From: Tubiluchus corallicola
Taxonomy: Eukaryota > Animalia > Priapulida
Direction of reading: 5' to 3'
Assembly: GCA_030141605.1 (NCBI GenBank)
Contig: JAQGDQ010000510.1
Location: 95,463 to 159,462, forward strand
Length of the DNA: 64,000 bases
Positions 1-14,072 of the stretch are shown in pieces; the first letter of the stretch is position 1; every line of letters starts with the position of its first letter. Made by a program: the position numbers and the translations under genes. A model generated the notes under the pieces. It was not told the origin of the DNA, did no database searches, and was given only the letters and a program-made list of their open reading frames with translations.

Positions 1-346
1 CCGTTCTATGCGGGTGAATAATGAATGACAGGAGCTCAATCGTTCAAGAAGCGGAGGGGTTTATTCGCCCACGATGCTTTACACAAACAAGCAGATTTTA
101 ATTAAAGTACTTTCTATCTCTTTTTGTGTACTTTTATGCATAAAAATTATTGGAAATTTCGGTGAGTTCATGAATTACGTGAAGTTTTGCTGTTGCTATT
201 CTAATACTGAAGCGTGTTCGTTTTTTTTCATGTAGGAAGTTCTAATTATTTTAATAGTAAACACGCTCATGTTTTCCAGCTGATAGGAAGACAAGTGAAA
301 GAACGAAAAAATTCCCAGAAAAACAAAACGCTGAAGAGCCAAAGGT

Positions 347-409
347 ATATTATTATTGTTATTGTTATTGTTATTATTATTGTTATTGTTATTGTCATTG
401 TCATTGTCA

Positions 410-502
<93 letters not shown>

Positions 503-761
503 TCGTCATCGTCATTGTCATCGTCATCGTCATCGTAATCGTCTTTGTTATTGTTATTGTTATTGTTATTGTTATTGTTATTGTTATTGTTATTGTTATT
601 GTTATTGTTATTGTTATTGTTATTGTTATTGTTATTGTTATTGTTATTGTTATTGTTATTGTTATTGTTATTGTTATTGTTATTGTTATTGTTATTGTTA
701 TTGTTATTGTTATTGTTATTGTTATTGTTATTGTTATTGTTATTGTTATTATTATTATTAT

Positions 762-852
<91 letters not shown>
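347..852. repeat. Compound microsatellite (TTATTG)n/(GTC,GTT)n/(AGT)n
   Basis: Directly visible simple repeats. They account for the poly-N/T/V/L/S ORFs at 196-973. Confidence 0.97.
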
Positions 853-1385
853 TGAATTCACATTCTTTATATTGGAAGTTCTTTATGTTCCCACAGCGTG
901 TGTATCTGATTATTTTCTTGCTTGGCGGAATAGGTGCTTGCTAGTAATGTGCTATTTTCTACTTATACAATAATTTAAATATGTGATTATTGCTGACACA
1001 AAGTCTTCTGGTTGCAGAGATAGAATAAAAAATATAATACACGAAAGACAAAATGTACAATTAGTATGTAGGTATCAATTAGATATTTAGATACTAACTG
1101 CGCACTTTGTCTGCAATCTGACTAACTTATTAGGTGCTTTAACTCGTGGATGTTCTGCTGCAACTTCGATTCTGATACCATCAATACCCTCATTACACTG
1201 TAAGTAAATTAATGAGCGTGGTTTATTAATTTATTTACGTGGTCTAACATATTTTGATGTAACCTGCATATCTGTTTGCATGCTTGTTTGTTTGTCTGTT
1301 TGTTCGTTTGTTTGCACACGCTCAGTGTTTTTCAATTTTATTTACTTATTTACCATTGAGTAAAAATCACAATATTGTTGTTCAG

Positions 1386-2267
1386 GATTTGCCGTCTCCG
1401 TATCACTGCGATGAGCAATGTAAACTGAGAAGGAAAATACACGAAGTTTGCAAAAACATTCAAAAGAACGTCATTGAAAATAATCAACGTTACAAATTGT
1501 TTGCGTTAGTGGACGAACGTCACAAACTTGTCTATTGCTCTGTGCCTAAAGTTGGAACAAGCAATTGGTTACGAACCTTGATAGCTGTCAACAGTCGCAA
1601 TGCTAGTATGCACCCAGAAAACGTATCTTTCTATACTGCACACTACAAATACAAGAATTATATTCGACATCTGAGCAGCTATGCTCAGACAGAGCAACAG
1701 AGGATTCTAGAAACGTACTTCAAGTTTTTGTTTGTCAGAAACCCGTATGAAAGAGTTTTGTCAGCATATAGATGCATTTTCACTCACGAACCAAGTATTT
1801 TCGATAAAAAAGTAGCAAAACACAGAAAAGTTCTAGCTAAATTGTACAGAGGTAAAGAGTATGAGAAAGCTGCAGAAGATATCCATATCACATTTTCTGA
1901 ATTTCTTGAATATCTGACTGACCCAAGAACCAGATCTTATGATCCGTTAAATATTGATCGTTTGTCTCGAATGGGGACGTTGAATCCACACTGGACGCCA
2001 TACTTTGAATTGTGCAATCCATGCCTCATTGAATATGACTTTATAGGCAAGCATGAAACAATGAACAAAGATGCTGCAACTGTACTGTCAAAAGCTGGTT
2101 TACATCATGTGAAATTTCCAAATGTTACAGAAACTCCATATGGCAGAAGTGCGCAATATCTCGAGCACTTCTATAAACAAGTTGATCCTAAACTTATTGA
2201 GTCATTAGTGACTATGTACAATGTTGACTTTGACATGTTCAATTATGAAAAAGATGTTTCTTTGTAA
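1386..2267 (+). CDS. Carbohydrate sulfotransferase (Sulfotransfer_2 / HNK-1ST-CHST8-14 family), large terminal catalytic exon; upstream TM exon not identified
   Basis: 5'-PAPS-binding motif YCSVPKVGTSNW and 3'-PAPS motif FLFVRNPYERVLSAY. Also HWTPYFELCNPCLIEYDFIGKHETM and C-terminal YNVDFDMFNY. Probable acceptor ttgttcAG at 1384-1385 (phase 0); stop TAA ends at 2267. Confidence 0.92.
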   Translation, partial: DLPSPYHCDEQCKLRRKIHEVCKNIQKNVIENNQRYKLFALVDERHKLVYCSVPKVGTSNWLRTLIAVNSRNASMHPENVSFYTAHYKYKNYIRHLSSYAQTEQQRILETYFKFLFVRNPYERVLSAYRCIFTHEPSIFDKKVAKHRKVLAKLYRGKEYEKAAEDIHITFSEFLEYLTDPRTRSYDPLNIDRLSRMGTLNPHWTPYFELCNPCLIEYDFIGKHETMNKDAATVLSKAGLHHVKFPNVTETPYGRSAQYLEHFYKQVDPKLIESLVTMYNVDFDMFNYEKDVSL

Positions 2268-2875
2268 CTAAACGCAGAACTTAATTCACATATTACACTA
2301 GGCCTAAGACAAGTTCGATTGCAAAATTTAATGATACGTCTAATTACTGCTCAGCCAAATAATGACTGCACTGTTTCTTACTATTAGTGTTTTCTTTCGC
2401 ATTTTTTTCGCAAATTCTTTCGCTAGTGATGGCAGACAAGCTCTACGTATTGCGATAACTTGCGAAAGAAAGCTCTCTACTCAGAATGTTCCGTTAGGCA
2501 GTGCTCTTCTCCGTAAGTACGAACCCAGCGTTATGACTTATGACGCATTATGATCTGTTACATTTGCGATACGTAGTTATCTATACGTAGTTAGATAAAA
2601 GCTTTATCTAAAAGGCACAGGTGACAGAAGTGTGTAAAAAAGTTATGTTTCTTAAATGTGCGTGAAAGACAATGAGGCAGTCCAGATTGACCAAATGACC
2701 ATTAGATATATTCAACAAAACCATGTTAATGCTGCTGAATCCGAGCCCCTTACCTTGAATAGAGTCATTGACCTCGTTTGGGGCGATTAGTATAAAGAAA
2801 AGGCCAAGTTAGCGTTATATATTATTGTTTTTAGTTTTAATGTGCAGTTACTAATGCAAACTTTAACAAAAAAAG

Positions 2876-3090
2876 TGCCCTGTCACGGTAGTACTTTGTA
2901 TCTCAAAGCTGACGCAGATCAGCAATCGGGTAATACAATGCTTCGCATTCCGGACTATATCTATAACAATCAGTCGACTTCTACGGCAGTTAGGAAACTA
3001 AATTTTGGTACAAAAATGTCCTGTCATGGTAGTACCTCATATCTCAAAGCTGGCGCTAATCAGTAATCGAGTTATGCAATGCTTCGCAAC
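2876..3090. repeat. Diverged ~140-bp-period direct repeat (2 copies), probably part of a non-autonomous element
   Basis: cctgtca(c/t)ggtagtac...atctcaaagctg...aatgcttcgca occurs at ~2879 and ~3020. Confidence 0.65.
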
Positions 3091-3299
3091 TTCGCAATAA
3101 CTTCTGATCGCTCAACTTACGGAATTTCAGGCTAAGCTCCATGTCTTTAGCTTCATTGTCCTTCAACCTAATTTCTTTATGTTCAGCTGCTAATTTGTCA
3201 ACTTGTTCATTCCCAAAAATCTTCTTTGCTCAGTTTGTTGAGTGACCCAAAACTTCCTTTGATGCTTGCGTGCACGCATTAACAGTGTTAGTTTAAACA

Positions 3300-6200
3300 T
3301 AATTTATTTAGGATTGGATCAGACAGTTTGTACAACATGATTTAAGATCCTCACCACAATAGACTTTATACACTATTTACAAAAACATTTACAGTAAGAA
3401 TTGACCATACTTAACTTTTAGTATACTAAAGTTTTACTTACAGTGATACATTAGACATTAGTAAAAAATGACGGTTAGTAAATATTAATGTACGATTATT
3501 TAAGAATGATGCATTTTATATCAGATAGAAACTACTGGAAGCGTTTAGTACATAACATAAAGTCATATATACATTGGAATATTTTACAGATAGCAACATA
3601 GTTAAATTCATCTTTACCGAATAATAACAACTTCAACAGATCATTATTTCCTAAAACAGTTACATTAACGTTTTCGGGCAGAAGCATTGCATTTAATTCA
3701 TCAAACATAATTACCCTAGCTAGTTGATGCAATGGGCAGTGCAACAAAAAATGTTCAACAGACTCAAATCGAAATCCGCAGTTACAATTCGGCAATATTG
3801 GATGACCGTTATTATCTTTACAGCTTTTAGAGAAAAGGTCATAGTTTAGCTGCGAAAATCCGATTCTCATGCGCGTATGATGCACTGATATTGGAGGTTT
3901 ACCAAATGAAAAATGTTTCTTACGCAACGAAAAACTTAAATGAGATTTGAGCTCTTGTTTGAATTGTGAAATGGATGCAATTTCACGAATGTTCTGTGGT
4001 AAGTTGTTCCACATGTTAATGGTCGATATGAAAAACGATTTTTCACTGCTAACAGAACGGCAATTAAAATTTCTGTATTTAGTACCACTGCGTATATAAT
4101 AGGGGGTAACTTCGTTAACCTTTGGCGGCAGAATTGCACTTAAATAGTGGGGCACTAAGTCATTGATTATTTTGTAAAAAAAGACATAGGCGATGATAAT
4201 GAAAGCGTGTCACTAATTTAGTGAAGCCGCTATCAGACAAGATACTTGCAGGGGAAGATCGAAACATAGCGCCAGAACAGATTCTAGCAGCAGTTAGCTG
4301 AATATTTTCTAACAAACGTATACTGTTTTCACTGCATCCTGACCATACTACGTTACCATATTCGATGGCAGGGAGAATAGTCGTAATGAATAATCGTTCC
4401 CGCGTAGCTCTGGGCATATTAACTGACACACGTCGAAAGTTGTTTAGCTTTAGATTTGCTTTGTCTACCATTTTTGAGACGTGATAGTTCCAGTTCAGGT
4501 CAGATGTAAGATGAACACCTAAATGTTTGTGAACATTTACAGTTTTCAGTGCAGTATTAGATAAGTACAGAGTAGGATATTGAGGAGCATTGGATTTACG
4601 GGAGAAAAGCATGACTTCGGTCTTATTGGGATTAAATTTAACCAACCAACGTTTGGCCCAGTTTTCAATTATTTCTAAATCTGCGTTTAAGCGATTTGCT
4701 GATGTATATGGGTCATCCTTAAACGAATCCATTAAAACCGTATCGTCTACAAAAAGGCGAATATCAGATTGAATGTCTTCTGTTATATCATTAACATACA
4801 CTAAAAATAGAAGGGGTCCTAAGATAGAACCTTGGGGGACGCCAGATAAAAGTGACTTCGCATCAGATGTATTACCGTTTAGCGTTACTCTTTGTGTTCG
4901 GTTTCGAAGGTAAGATGATAGCCAAGACAGAAGTTGGCCACTTACTCCATACTGCTTTAATTTGAATATCAAGCCTACATGAAACACATTATCAAAAGCT
5001 TTACTGATGTCCAGAAAAACGCTACAGATTTCAGCACCGTCGTCTAGACTTGTATACAAATTGTGAACGATTGAAACTAGCTGGTTGATGGTGCTATCGT
5101 TTGATTTGAACCCCGAGTTCTTTTCCGTCAAAAAGTTATTATCAATAGCAAAGTAGTTATACATCTGATTAAAGACAACGCGTTCTAAAATCTTGGACAT
5201 ACATGAAAGTAGCGCCACGGGTCTGTAGTTCGAAACAAGCTGTCTATCTCCGCCTTTGTGTATGGGGCAGACATTTGCAACTTTCCACAAGCTAGGGAAA
5301 TGACCTGACTGTAATGAGAAGTTAAATAATCGGGTTAATGGGCTTGATAATGAGTCTGCACAAAGCTTAAGTACTTTTTTGCTAATTCCATCATGACCTA
5401 CAGATTTGCTCGTATTGACGTTATTTAATAGTGTTTTCACTAAATCTTCGTGTACAGTAATGTGTGACTGTATGTACCAGTCTTCGATACGAATCTGGGT
5501 AATGAAGCATTTGAAATGTTCAAGCGGCACTGCTGGGCAAAGTAATTGTTAAATGCATTGCACTTGGAAATCGCATCACTTATGACAACACCAGCTTCAT
5601 CTATAATGGGAGGAATAAAATAGTCACACGTATTTTTGTAAAAACTTTTAGTAATTTCCCACCAGACTTTAGGGCATGTTTCAGGATTCAATAGCTTCTC
5701 GTTCAGTTTGTCTGAATAGTCACGTTTGGCTTTTTTAACAGCATTGTTGCACTTATTTCTAATAGTAGTATAGGACTGCCACGAAGCATTCGTCCTGTTT
5801 AATTTCTAATTTCTGTGCGCCTTTTCTTTTTGTACTCTAAGCTTTCGAACGTGACTATTCATCCAAAGCTTATCGCGTGGGCGTATTGTTACAATTTGAT
5901 TAGGCACACAAGAATCAATCATTTTCACTAGATTGTCAACAAATAATTGAAAAACAACATCAACAGATTCATTTGAAAACATAGCCTCCCAATTTGCATC
6001 AGAGATTTGTTGATTTAATGCTGGCCAATCTGCTAAATTATAATTATATACCTTCCTTTTGAAAGCACGACGTTCTGGAGTTTTCACACAAATTTTCCCA
6101 AAAATAGGGTTATGATCGCATGTAAAGATTTGTGGAAGCACACCGTAGTTAGTAAATAATCTAGGTGAGTCTGTGATAATCAAATCCAGAACAGACTTTG

Positions 6201-6630
6201 ACGTACTAGTTACTCGAGTGGGATCAGTAATTAACTGGAACAATTGATTTTGTACAACAAAATTATTTAATTTAGGGCCCATTGGATTTTCGTTTAGCTC
6301 TGCCTGGTCCCAGGCTTTACATTTGGCGTTAAAGACGCCAACAAATACAATGCTATACTGGTGCTTAGGTTGAGAGGTTAGTAGGTTATTGTAAGATTCA
6401 TCTAGTGCTGCAATAAATCGGTCTTCACCTGCTGCATCTTGGGATGGGGACCTATAACAAATGCACATATATAGTGTACTGTCCTTTAAACTGATCTCTA
6501 TCCACATAAATTCAAACAGATTCTGTGGCAACAACTCAGTCCGTGTTTTAAAATGTATGTGATTGGCCGCATAAAATGCTACTCCACCACCATTTCTGTC
6601 CCGATCTTTTCTGACTGGATCTTGGAACAG
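3300..6630 (-). mobile_element. CR1/L2-clade LINE, 5'-truncated, ORF2 (APE endonuclease + RT) broken by frameshifts and stops
   Basis: ORFs 5806-6534 (endonuclease: CYRSPS, LDLIIT, CDH), 5440-5691, 4160-5530 (RT: NYRPVALL, FLDISKAFD, GVPQGSILGPLLF, LFVDD) and 3532-4155 (WNNLP, CNCG..ESVEHFLLHC). AATAAA on the minus strand near 3305. Confidence 0.95.
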
Positions 6631-8355
6631 TGTTATCCATAATCCTGGGAAAATTCCTCACGTCAATTCATTAAATTGGATTATCAGTGAATGAAATAAT
6701 TACGTAACAACAACTTGACTAAGGAAATGACAATCGCTTTTTGTGTCTTACAGGTTTTAAAATTTAATCAATTTAGACGTGTATAACAAAGATGGGAAAA
6801 CGACTAGTGTCAGTTTACAATTTTCAACAATTCATGTTATTATATCAGAGAGACCTGTTTTACTTTTCAAATAAGAATCATTCATTGTGTGTGTTGATAG
6901 ATCTAAGCTTGGTCACCCACCCAATTACATGCGCCATCTGAATAATCCTAGGATCTTAGACGATAAATTTCCTTGCATTTTTACTAAACTAGACTGTCTT
7001 TAACAAATTTTGTTCAGAGTTGTATTTTGCAGTTATTATTAAACATTATAATTTCTGTTTATGTAAAGGAAGCTGTTAGTGGTTTTGCATAAAATAAGTT
7101 AAGATAAGATAAGATATAATGATCTAACAGTACTGAACACAGTAGTAAATGGTTTGAGCTCAACACTTTTATCATGCCAGTAAAATTCATTTGTAATCCA
7201 TTAAATGAATAGATATTTTTTTCTAATTCAAAGAAGTTTCCTTTTTAGAAAATGTAGTTATGAGCCATTTCAATGATTATGTAATGGGGTGCAATTTGTT
7301 GATAATAAAAGCTCTCTTTGTGCGCTATAAAAAACGCTTCAAGGTTGGCCATTGCCCAGTGTTTTCCAATACATAAAGCATGGGAAATATCCTGGAAAAA
7401 TTCCCTAGATTAATTTAAAATGAAGGACTGTAATTATCACTAAAATTTAGCCACTATTATGCTGTCGATGTGAATTAGTGAAAATTACAGCTGTTCTTTG
7501 TGTGAGGCATCTGTAGCTGAAGTTATGAACAGGTTTATAAATTTAATGGAGGCATTTTTTGCAATTAACATGATTACAGTGACTCAAGTTGTCTGGTTTA
7601 CAAAATTTAATAAGTTGAAAAATTGATGTAAACTTTTGTACAGAGCAGAGAGCGCATTGGAAAAAGATTTCTTAAAGTTTCATCAGATGATAATTGCACA
7701 AATATTCGCCCTGCTTGTGTTGAAAATTACTACATTGCTGTCTCACTCGCTTATGTGTATATATAGTATTGTGACGGCCCCATAGGTCTATGGTGCCTCA
7801 CTCCAATACCAGCATCAATTTGAGCTATATTCGCCCTTGCACCGCTGTTGTTATTACTGTTATTGCTTGTAACTACCTCATAGTAGCCTACTGTTTATAG
7901 CTACCTTGTTTGAGCATAGACAGTAATACACATTTAGTTTGTTCTAGCCCTTCCCCCCTTACAGTGATAATCGCTCATTCTATGAAGCACTTGCTTGACA
8001 CTGACCTATTTTCTGATCGCCGTTACCTGCATGGAAATAGACAGTCAGTCTGGGCTATGCAACGTTCAATTACATACACGTCAAAAGTCGTTGAAATGCT
8101 TTCACCTTTTAACTAGCCCCGACAAACGTAGAATGATTGTCAGCAGTTTGATGCTTTGAACCTTTATTGTTCCAAATGACACTAATGAATGAAGCGCTAG
8201 GTGCAAGAACTAGTTGCAGTGTAATTGTTATGGAGGAACAGGGTACACCCGCTATGAGATGGTGATTAGTGGCCGTATTTGATGGAGTAGTAGATAACCA
8301 CACCTGGTGAGACCATCTTAGTGGTGGAAGTCGGCCTCCGAGTTATTAGAGTCAT

Positions 8356-8543
8356 CAGGGCCTATTTCGGGGGGGGGGGGGGTAAGTGGGGATACTTCCC
8401 CGGGGCCTCACCCTCCAGGGGGGCCTCGCGCCGAGGTAACATTTTTTTGCTTTATGCGAACTTTCAATTGTTCATTCCTTTAACAACTGTGTGCCTCACA
8501 CGCCCCACTTTCCCGGGCCTCGCTTAGGCTGAAATAGGCCCTG
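8356..8543. mobile_element. hAT-type MITE (188 bp)
   Basis: 13-bp terminal inverted repeats CAGGGCCTATTTC ... GAAATAGGCCCTG. Perfect 8-bp target-site duplication AGAGTCAT at 8348-8355 and 8544-8551. Confidence 0.9.
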
Positions 8544-8715
8544 AGAGTCATTGCTTGAGAGGATTGCCATACGAGTGACTCTTGGAATTCCCAGGACCAA
8601 TGATGGGAGTACGCTTTTGGTGAGCGACAGATACCAGTCGTCAGGAGCTCCTTTCTTGCTCTTTGTGGTGAACAGGACTTGTTGAGAAACCTGCCGGCCA
8701 TCCGTTGTTAAAACG

Positions 8716-9290
8716 TTGTTAAGGAAAATACAAGATGAAATAGCACCGATTAAAAGTAACATGATAACATTTTCGATAGAAGTTAAATCATTGAAGGAAG
8801 AAAACAAACAACTAAGAAAAATGTGTAGCGAATTAAAAGCCATTGCCGAGAAACAACAAATGTATTTAAATAGCGTCCTATCACAGAAGAAGAAACGTCA
8901 TTGTGACCTGGCTGATTTGGTGCGAAATAAGGCTTAAAAACTGATGAAGAGAAAATCGGAGTCCTCTTAAGCGAACTACAGTTAGTCCCACAGTTAGGAG
9001 ATCATGCAAAATCAGAGGCTGAACAAGAAAAATGAGGCAAATGAACATCAAAACCGAACTACCCGACCAAGGACAATCATTATTAGCTACAACAACCAAC
9101 AGTTGTCAAAAAAAAGATGATAGACAGTGCTAAAAAGTTAAATGTCTCTAATATAAGCACGCAAAATAATCTTCAATCACGATCTGACTGAAGAAATTAT
9201 AAATGCTAATGTTGAGCTGAGGAGCAAACTGAAAGAAGAAAAAGCGGAGAATAGCACGTTAAAATATACTGCTAGGAAAAAACATCATCA
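8716..9290 (+). mobile_element. Decayed LINE ORF1-like (coiled-coil) remnant
   Basis: Heptad-rich ORF IKSNMITFSIEVKSLKEENKQLRKMCSELK, followed by interrupted ORF1-like sequence. Confidence 0.5.
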
Positions 9291-9599
9291 GACGTGGGGG
9301 GTTATATTTAAAAGTTCTTGCAACCGTTTAAACTAATTAAGTAACCAGCGATTTTAATTTACTAAAAAAACTTGTTCATGGAATGTATTCCGCCAGTAAT
9401 GGACGTAAGGATATGTAATGCAATAAGTCTGCTTAAGTCTAAAAATGTCTAAGATTTGATATAATACCTATTAGTTTATCGGTTTTGTAAATTACGCGTT
9501 GAATATGTGCGGATCAATAGAGTTTATTATCAATAATAAGGTCCAAATATTTGATACTAGTAACTTCGTCTAAGTATTGGCTATTAATCTTTACGCACA

Positions 9600-10070
9600 A
9601 TTTACTTGTCCCGTGAATGTTAGCTTTTATTTGACTAGACTTGATTATCATTAACTAAGTTTTTTTGTAATGACAGTTAATTTAAGATCCAAGCGTTTAC
9701 CTTGTTTAATTCATGATTAACTGATTTTTGCAATTTTGTTGGGATAGTTTTGGAGAGGAAAAGTTTAGTATCATCTGCAAAAAGTCTTGTTTGAAAATTA
9801 GAACAATTAGGTAAGATTAATATAGAGTAGGAATAACAATTGTTTGAGTGGATCCTTGGGGTACGCTAGGTAGCTACCAAGTGATGGGTAGGGATTTTGA
9901 ATATATGTCATTGACTGCTTTGAACTGTTTTCTGTTAGTAAGGTATGAAGCAAAAAAGGAATATACCAACCATCTTATACCATGTTAATGTTCAAAATCC
10001 TTATTATTTAATGTTCAAGTTTGTTGAACTAGCAAACAACATGTTAGACATATTTTATCGAACTGTATCG
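9600..10070 (-). mobile_element. Decayed LINE reverse-transcriptase fragment
   Basis: Minus strand encodes VPQGS (~9850-9865) and RLFADDT (~9768-9788); multiple stops. Confidence 0.75.
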
Positions 10071-11439
10071 AGTAATTTATTACTAGTGTAGAGGCCGAAC
10101 CCACCCACATTTGTCATCGTCACACTTATATATCACACTTAGGTAATTGGGTATATCACCTGACAACGGTATATCATTTTTAAATGGGACACTCATAACG
10201 CTATAATGTCAGGCGGGCCATTAAAATGCGTTCTAACATCCAACCAATCTGAAAAATTCTTATTTAAACTACACATTGAAATGAACAAAAGCAGATTTTA
10301 GGATTTTTTATGTTTTATGTAACTATGATTTTTTGTCAAAGTGAAAATTTTTGTGTATTTGCTTTCATAACTAGGAGTATAATTATTAGAGTCACTATCA
10401 CTATCATCGCATTTGAAGGACAAGAAAAGGTATCTGAAGTAGGTTTCACAAAAATCGCCTTAAAAATTATATTACTTTATAGCAATTTTATGCGTATATC
10501 TTACTCGCATTGAAATTAATTTTAGTTTGTTTTTATTTTAAATTTTCTGTAATACTGTTCCGATGGCTACCCACAACGTAAATCAGGGGAAGAAAAGGAA
10601 TGTTAAATTATGTCTCAAAAAAACTTTCCATGCAAATCTAGATTATTATAACATAGCGTTTCGCTCACCTGCTACAAATCTCATGTAACTCGAAAAGAAA
10701 ATGTTTAATTATTTAAACGTTTTCACCAATTTGTAAAATGTCACTGACTCACCCTCCAGGGTGAACCACTCACTAACCAAAAACTTACTTTTAATCATAC
10801 TGACAAGATACAGTAATTTAAAATTTCACTTATTTCACGTGTGTCCTACGAATACTCTGATTATTTTTCCAAACTTTACAAAATGTTATCTGAACTTGTT
10901 TCAAATGACCTGTCGTGAAAATGGCTGCGCCTAACGATCATCACGGGAGTTTAATTTGCCATTTTTCATACAGCGTGAGTGCCGATTGAAGTCCTGTATG
11001 TAAAAGGCAGTATGTAAGTGATATAAACTTCCAAGACGAATTTTTTAAGCTTTATGTTTATGAAGGGTTTTCCTGTACTCTAAAGTTGAGTAGAGTGGAA
11101 CTTTCACTAAGTGAAGGTAAATTTTCTAAAAACGAGTCGGAAATATCATACAAAAAATTGCCTTAAACATCATGTTCTTGTGTTTGAAAAGGTAACATAG
11201 AATCGAATTTTTTACAAAAGTAGTGCGCATTTAACATTGCTAATGTATGAAACTGGTTTAAAGCAAACAAGTGCATTTTAAATGCAAAAAAACAGTTACA
11301 TAATGTTCTTTTCTGGTTTAGTCTAGAATTATCAGAACAAATATTACATACAGGCACAAAATATTAACAATTTTATGTTACCTTGATCTAATAGTATTTC
11401 TTGTTAAAGTCTTGCAGGGTTTTCTCATTTATTATTTAA

Positions 11440-12170
11440 CTTGTGTTTTCATTATTCTTCTGCGTAATCTTTTCCATAATTTGACCACTGATATTTTAAG
11501 TGATGAGTTTTTTTGTGTTCTAGACACTGGCGAAAAAGTTCCCGCAATTTTCGTCGAAGCCATTCATTTCTATTGATTTTTTGGCAAATCAAAGAGAATG
11601 CTAGTAGAGTCTCATACTTCCTTGCGCTTCTTGTATACTTGGTCTCAAAGCAGTCATCTGGTAAATTTGGCAATAATCTTGGGCTCATCCTTTCTATTGT
11701 GGTGTAGTCTGTATGCTGTACTCACATCCTGTTCTGTCAGCATAACTACTAACGTGCCACGTACTTTACGTTCTACAACGGTGTTTTTCTCGTTCAACTT
11801 AGGCATATCACTAAATTCCAAACAATTTCGTGGGTTGTCCTGCTTCAAGCTATCAAGATCCTCATTTTTCTGCTGTATCTTTTGTTGTAGTGCAGATACT
11901 GTAGATTCTAGGGCTTTCACTTTGTCAGTTAAATTGTTTACTTGAAAAGCCACCTTTCTAAATTCTTTAAAACTGTCACAAACATCCTGCCGCGAAAGTT
12001 TCATTTCTTCCGTTTCTTTAGTAAATTTTTGAACCAAATTGTTTATCTAGCCATGTAATCCATTAATCGGGCTCTATAACCCTTTAATAGCTGCTCATAT
12101 TGTTTTTTGAAGGTTTTTCGCAGTAGTTTGGTCCGTCAGGTTTGTTAAAATTATGGATTTCTTCTTTCCA
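11440..12170 (-). mobile_element. Decayed LINE ORF1-like remnant (coiled coil + RRM-like)
   Basis: ORF 11654-12037 has a coiled coil, then RNCLEFSDMP...DVSTAYRL...IIAKF. It continues in a shifted frame (INRNE...YQWSNYGK). Confidence 0.7.
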
Positions 12171-12323
12171 AAATAGGGAGTAAAACAGTTTTCATTTTTT
12201 TATTTTCATCTAATTTATTAAGTAGTTTCTTGGGTGAAAACTACTTATATCAAACTTGTTCAAAGCCATAATATAACATTCGCATAATATAAACGTAACA
12301 AAAGTAGTCCAGCAAATGAGTTC

Positions 12324-12720
12324 TCAACTCAGCTTTGGTTGACGTACATAACTATCATAAGGTTGGCTAATGACATTTAACCAGTAGCGGATATTATCCT
12401 TAATTATTTTAATAAAAATGGGGAAACGGCCCAGTTCTGCCCTAGTCGCATATTTGCTTAATTTGTTACTGACATTCAAAAGAAATCTGCGTAATTTAAT
12501 ATTATGGCACACTGTAAAATTTAGTTTTGGGGAATTGGTTTTAATTTCAATAATGCTAGGTCCACACAAGAGCCACATAGCATGATAAGTTCTAAAGCAT
12601 GTTCAAATAATTTCATAATAGTATTTCGGTTTGCGCAATTTGAGATGTACTTTTTCATGCAGCAAAAAGCTTTTAGGCCTTTGTCTTTTAGTTTGGTACA
12701 GCATTGCCTGAAAGTATTTG
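12324..12720 (-). mobile_element. LINE ORF2 C-terminal remnant
   Basis: RRFLLNVSNKLSKYATRAELGRFPIFIKIIKDNIRYW resembles the post-RT region of non-LTR elements. Confidence 0.65.
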
Positions 12721-14072
12721 CAGGATCGGAATAGCAGATCCATTTTACGTTGCACTAACATGCAGAACTCTTCAACATCAAGCCGCGCTGTGGGTTTGAT
12801 GTTGCATTCGTGGGGCAGTAATCTATTAGATACATACAGTATAGTTTTACTTTGCTCTGTTTTCAGTGAAAATTCATCGCGAGTAAAGAAATTCAGAAAC
12901 TCGGTACTTCAATAAACCAGCAATAAGTGCTATATTTTTTATATTATGTACACGTCTACTTATCATATTGGGGATGCTGGCTGTCAATTCAACATTGCAG
13001 TAGGTAGCTGCATTGCAGGGCAGACTCACCTGCAGCAAGCGTTGCCTTACTGTGCACATTGCGTAGTATCTTACCACGTTCGAACGGCTGCCAAAAGAAA
13101 TGAGTTAGAGTAATTTGGAAACTCGAAAATTTTTTGCAGAAATCAAGCCTCACAATTACAACTTGTGACTTGGCAGGTTGAAGTTTTACATATGCAGCAC
13201 TAGAAAGAAAATTTAATACTCTTTCCAAGACATGTTGTTTTCATAAGTATCTCATTAAAAACTACACAACTATTCCACGTCGTGAAGGAGTTAAGATTGG
13301 AAAAGCATACGAGATGTCATATGCATATGACGCGTGAAATACGCGAAAGCTCTGAATTTTCTTTGCGGAAAATCGGAAAGAAAATCACGTCTAGCTTTTC
13401 TTATTTCAAAAAGGTTATTTTGCGAGACACAATTTGCATTTGTGCATTATTTACAGGCAGGAGTAAACATACTAAAGCAAGTTCATTTAAAATTGGACAG
13501 AAACGTTTCCGGCAAGCAATACACTGTTTTTAAGGTGATCGAGTGAAACTGATTATTGGTGAACCTTTCATCAAATATTTCTGTCGATGAAATGGGTCAA
13601 ATGGGTAAGAAGCGCAGACGTTTGGCACAATCAACTTACTGCTGGAGTCAGTGCATTCAAAATCGAGGTATGTATTCTATATACAGTGTGCTTAAGCTTT
13701 TATAAGGGTATGAAAAAACGAGCAATAGTACAGAATAATAATTTATTACGTCAAAGTACTGCTCAAACAATAGAGAATCTAGTAAAACGTCAAAATTTAA
13801 CGGGCATCTCCCGGAAAGCTTGCAGTCTTGATGGTATCAGCAGAGACTCTCACAACTCAAGATCTCCAGTGCAAATGTCTCTCAAGCTCTGTGTATGGGG
13901 GTCAGGGTCATGTTTTTTGATCACCCTTACATCTATTTGTCTTTCAGCATACTGAGAATGTTAGGCACTCAGATCGTTTGTTTGGGATGTTTTTTAGGGA
14001 CTGAGATCTGGTGAATGCCCTGGTTATTCGGCTCGACCAAAAAAATGAATGTGGGAATTTTCCATCATACAC

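Noticed and set aside
196-973. Poly-amino-acid ORFs
   Set aside because: Translations of microsatellites. The same applies to 39721-40346 and 56424-56853.
1284-1385. N-terminal part of the sulfotransferase ORF as coding
   Set aside because: It starts at TTG in a (TTTG)n tract and precedes a good acceptor, so it is more likely intron.
8303-8330. Hammerhead-ribozyme-like core CTGGTGAG-ACCA-TCTTAG-TGGT-GGAAG
   Set aside because: Both conserved boxes deviate from CTGATGA and GAAA, and I could not identify stems I/III. At most a decayed relic.
12740-13230. Possible exons of another minus-strand gene (CAG|GTGAGT donor near 13029)
   Set aside because: No recognisable protein similarity and no consistent exon chain.
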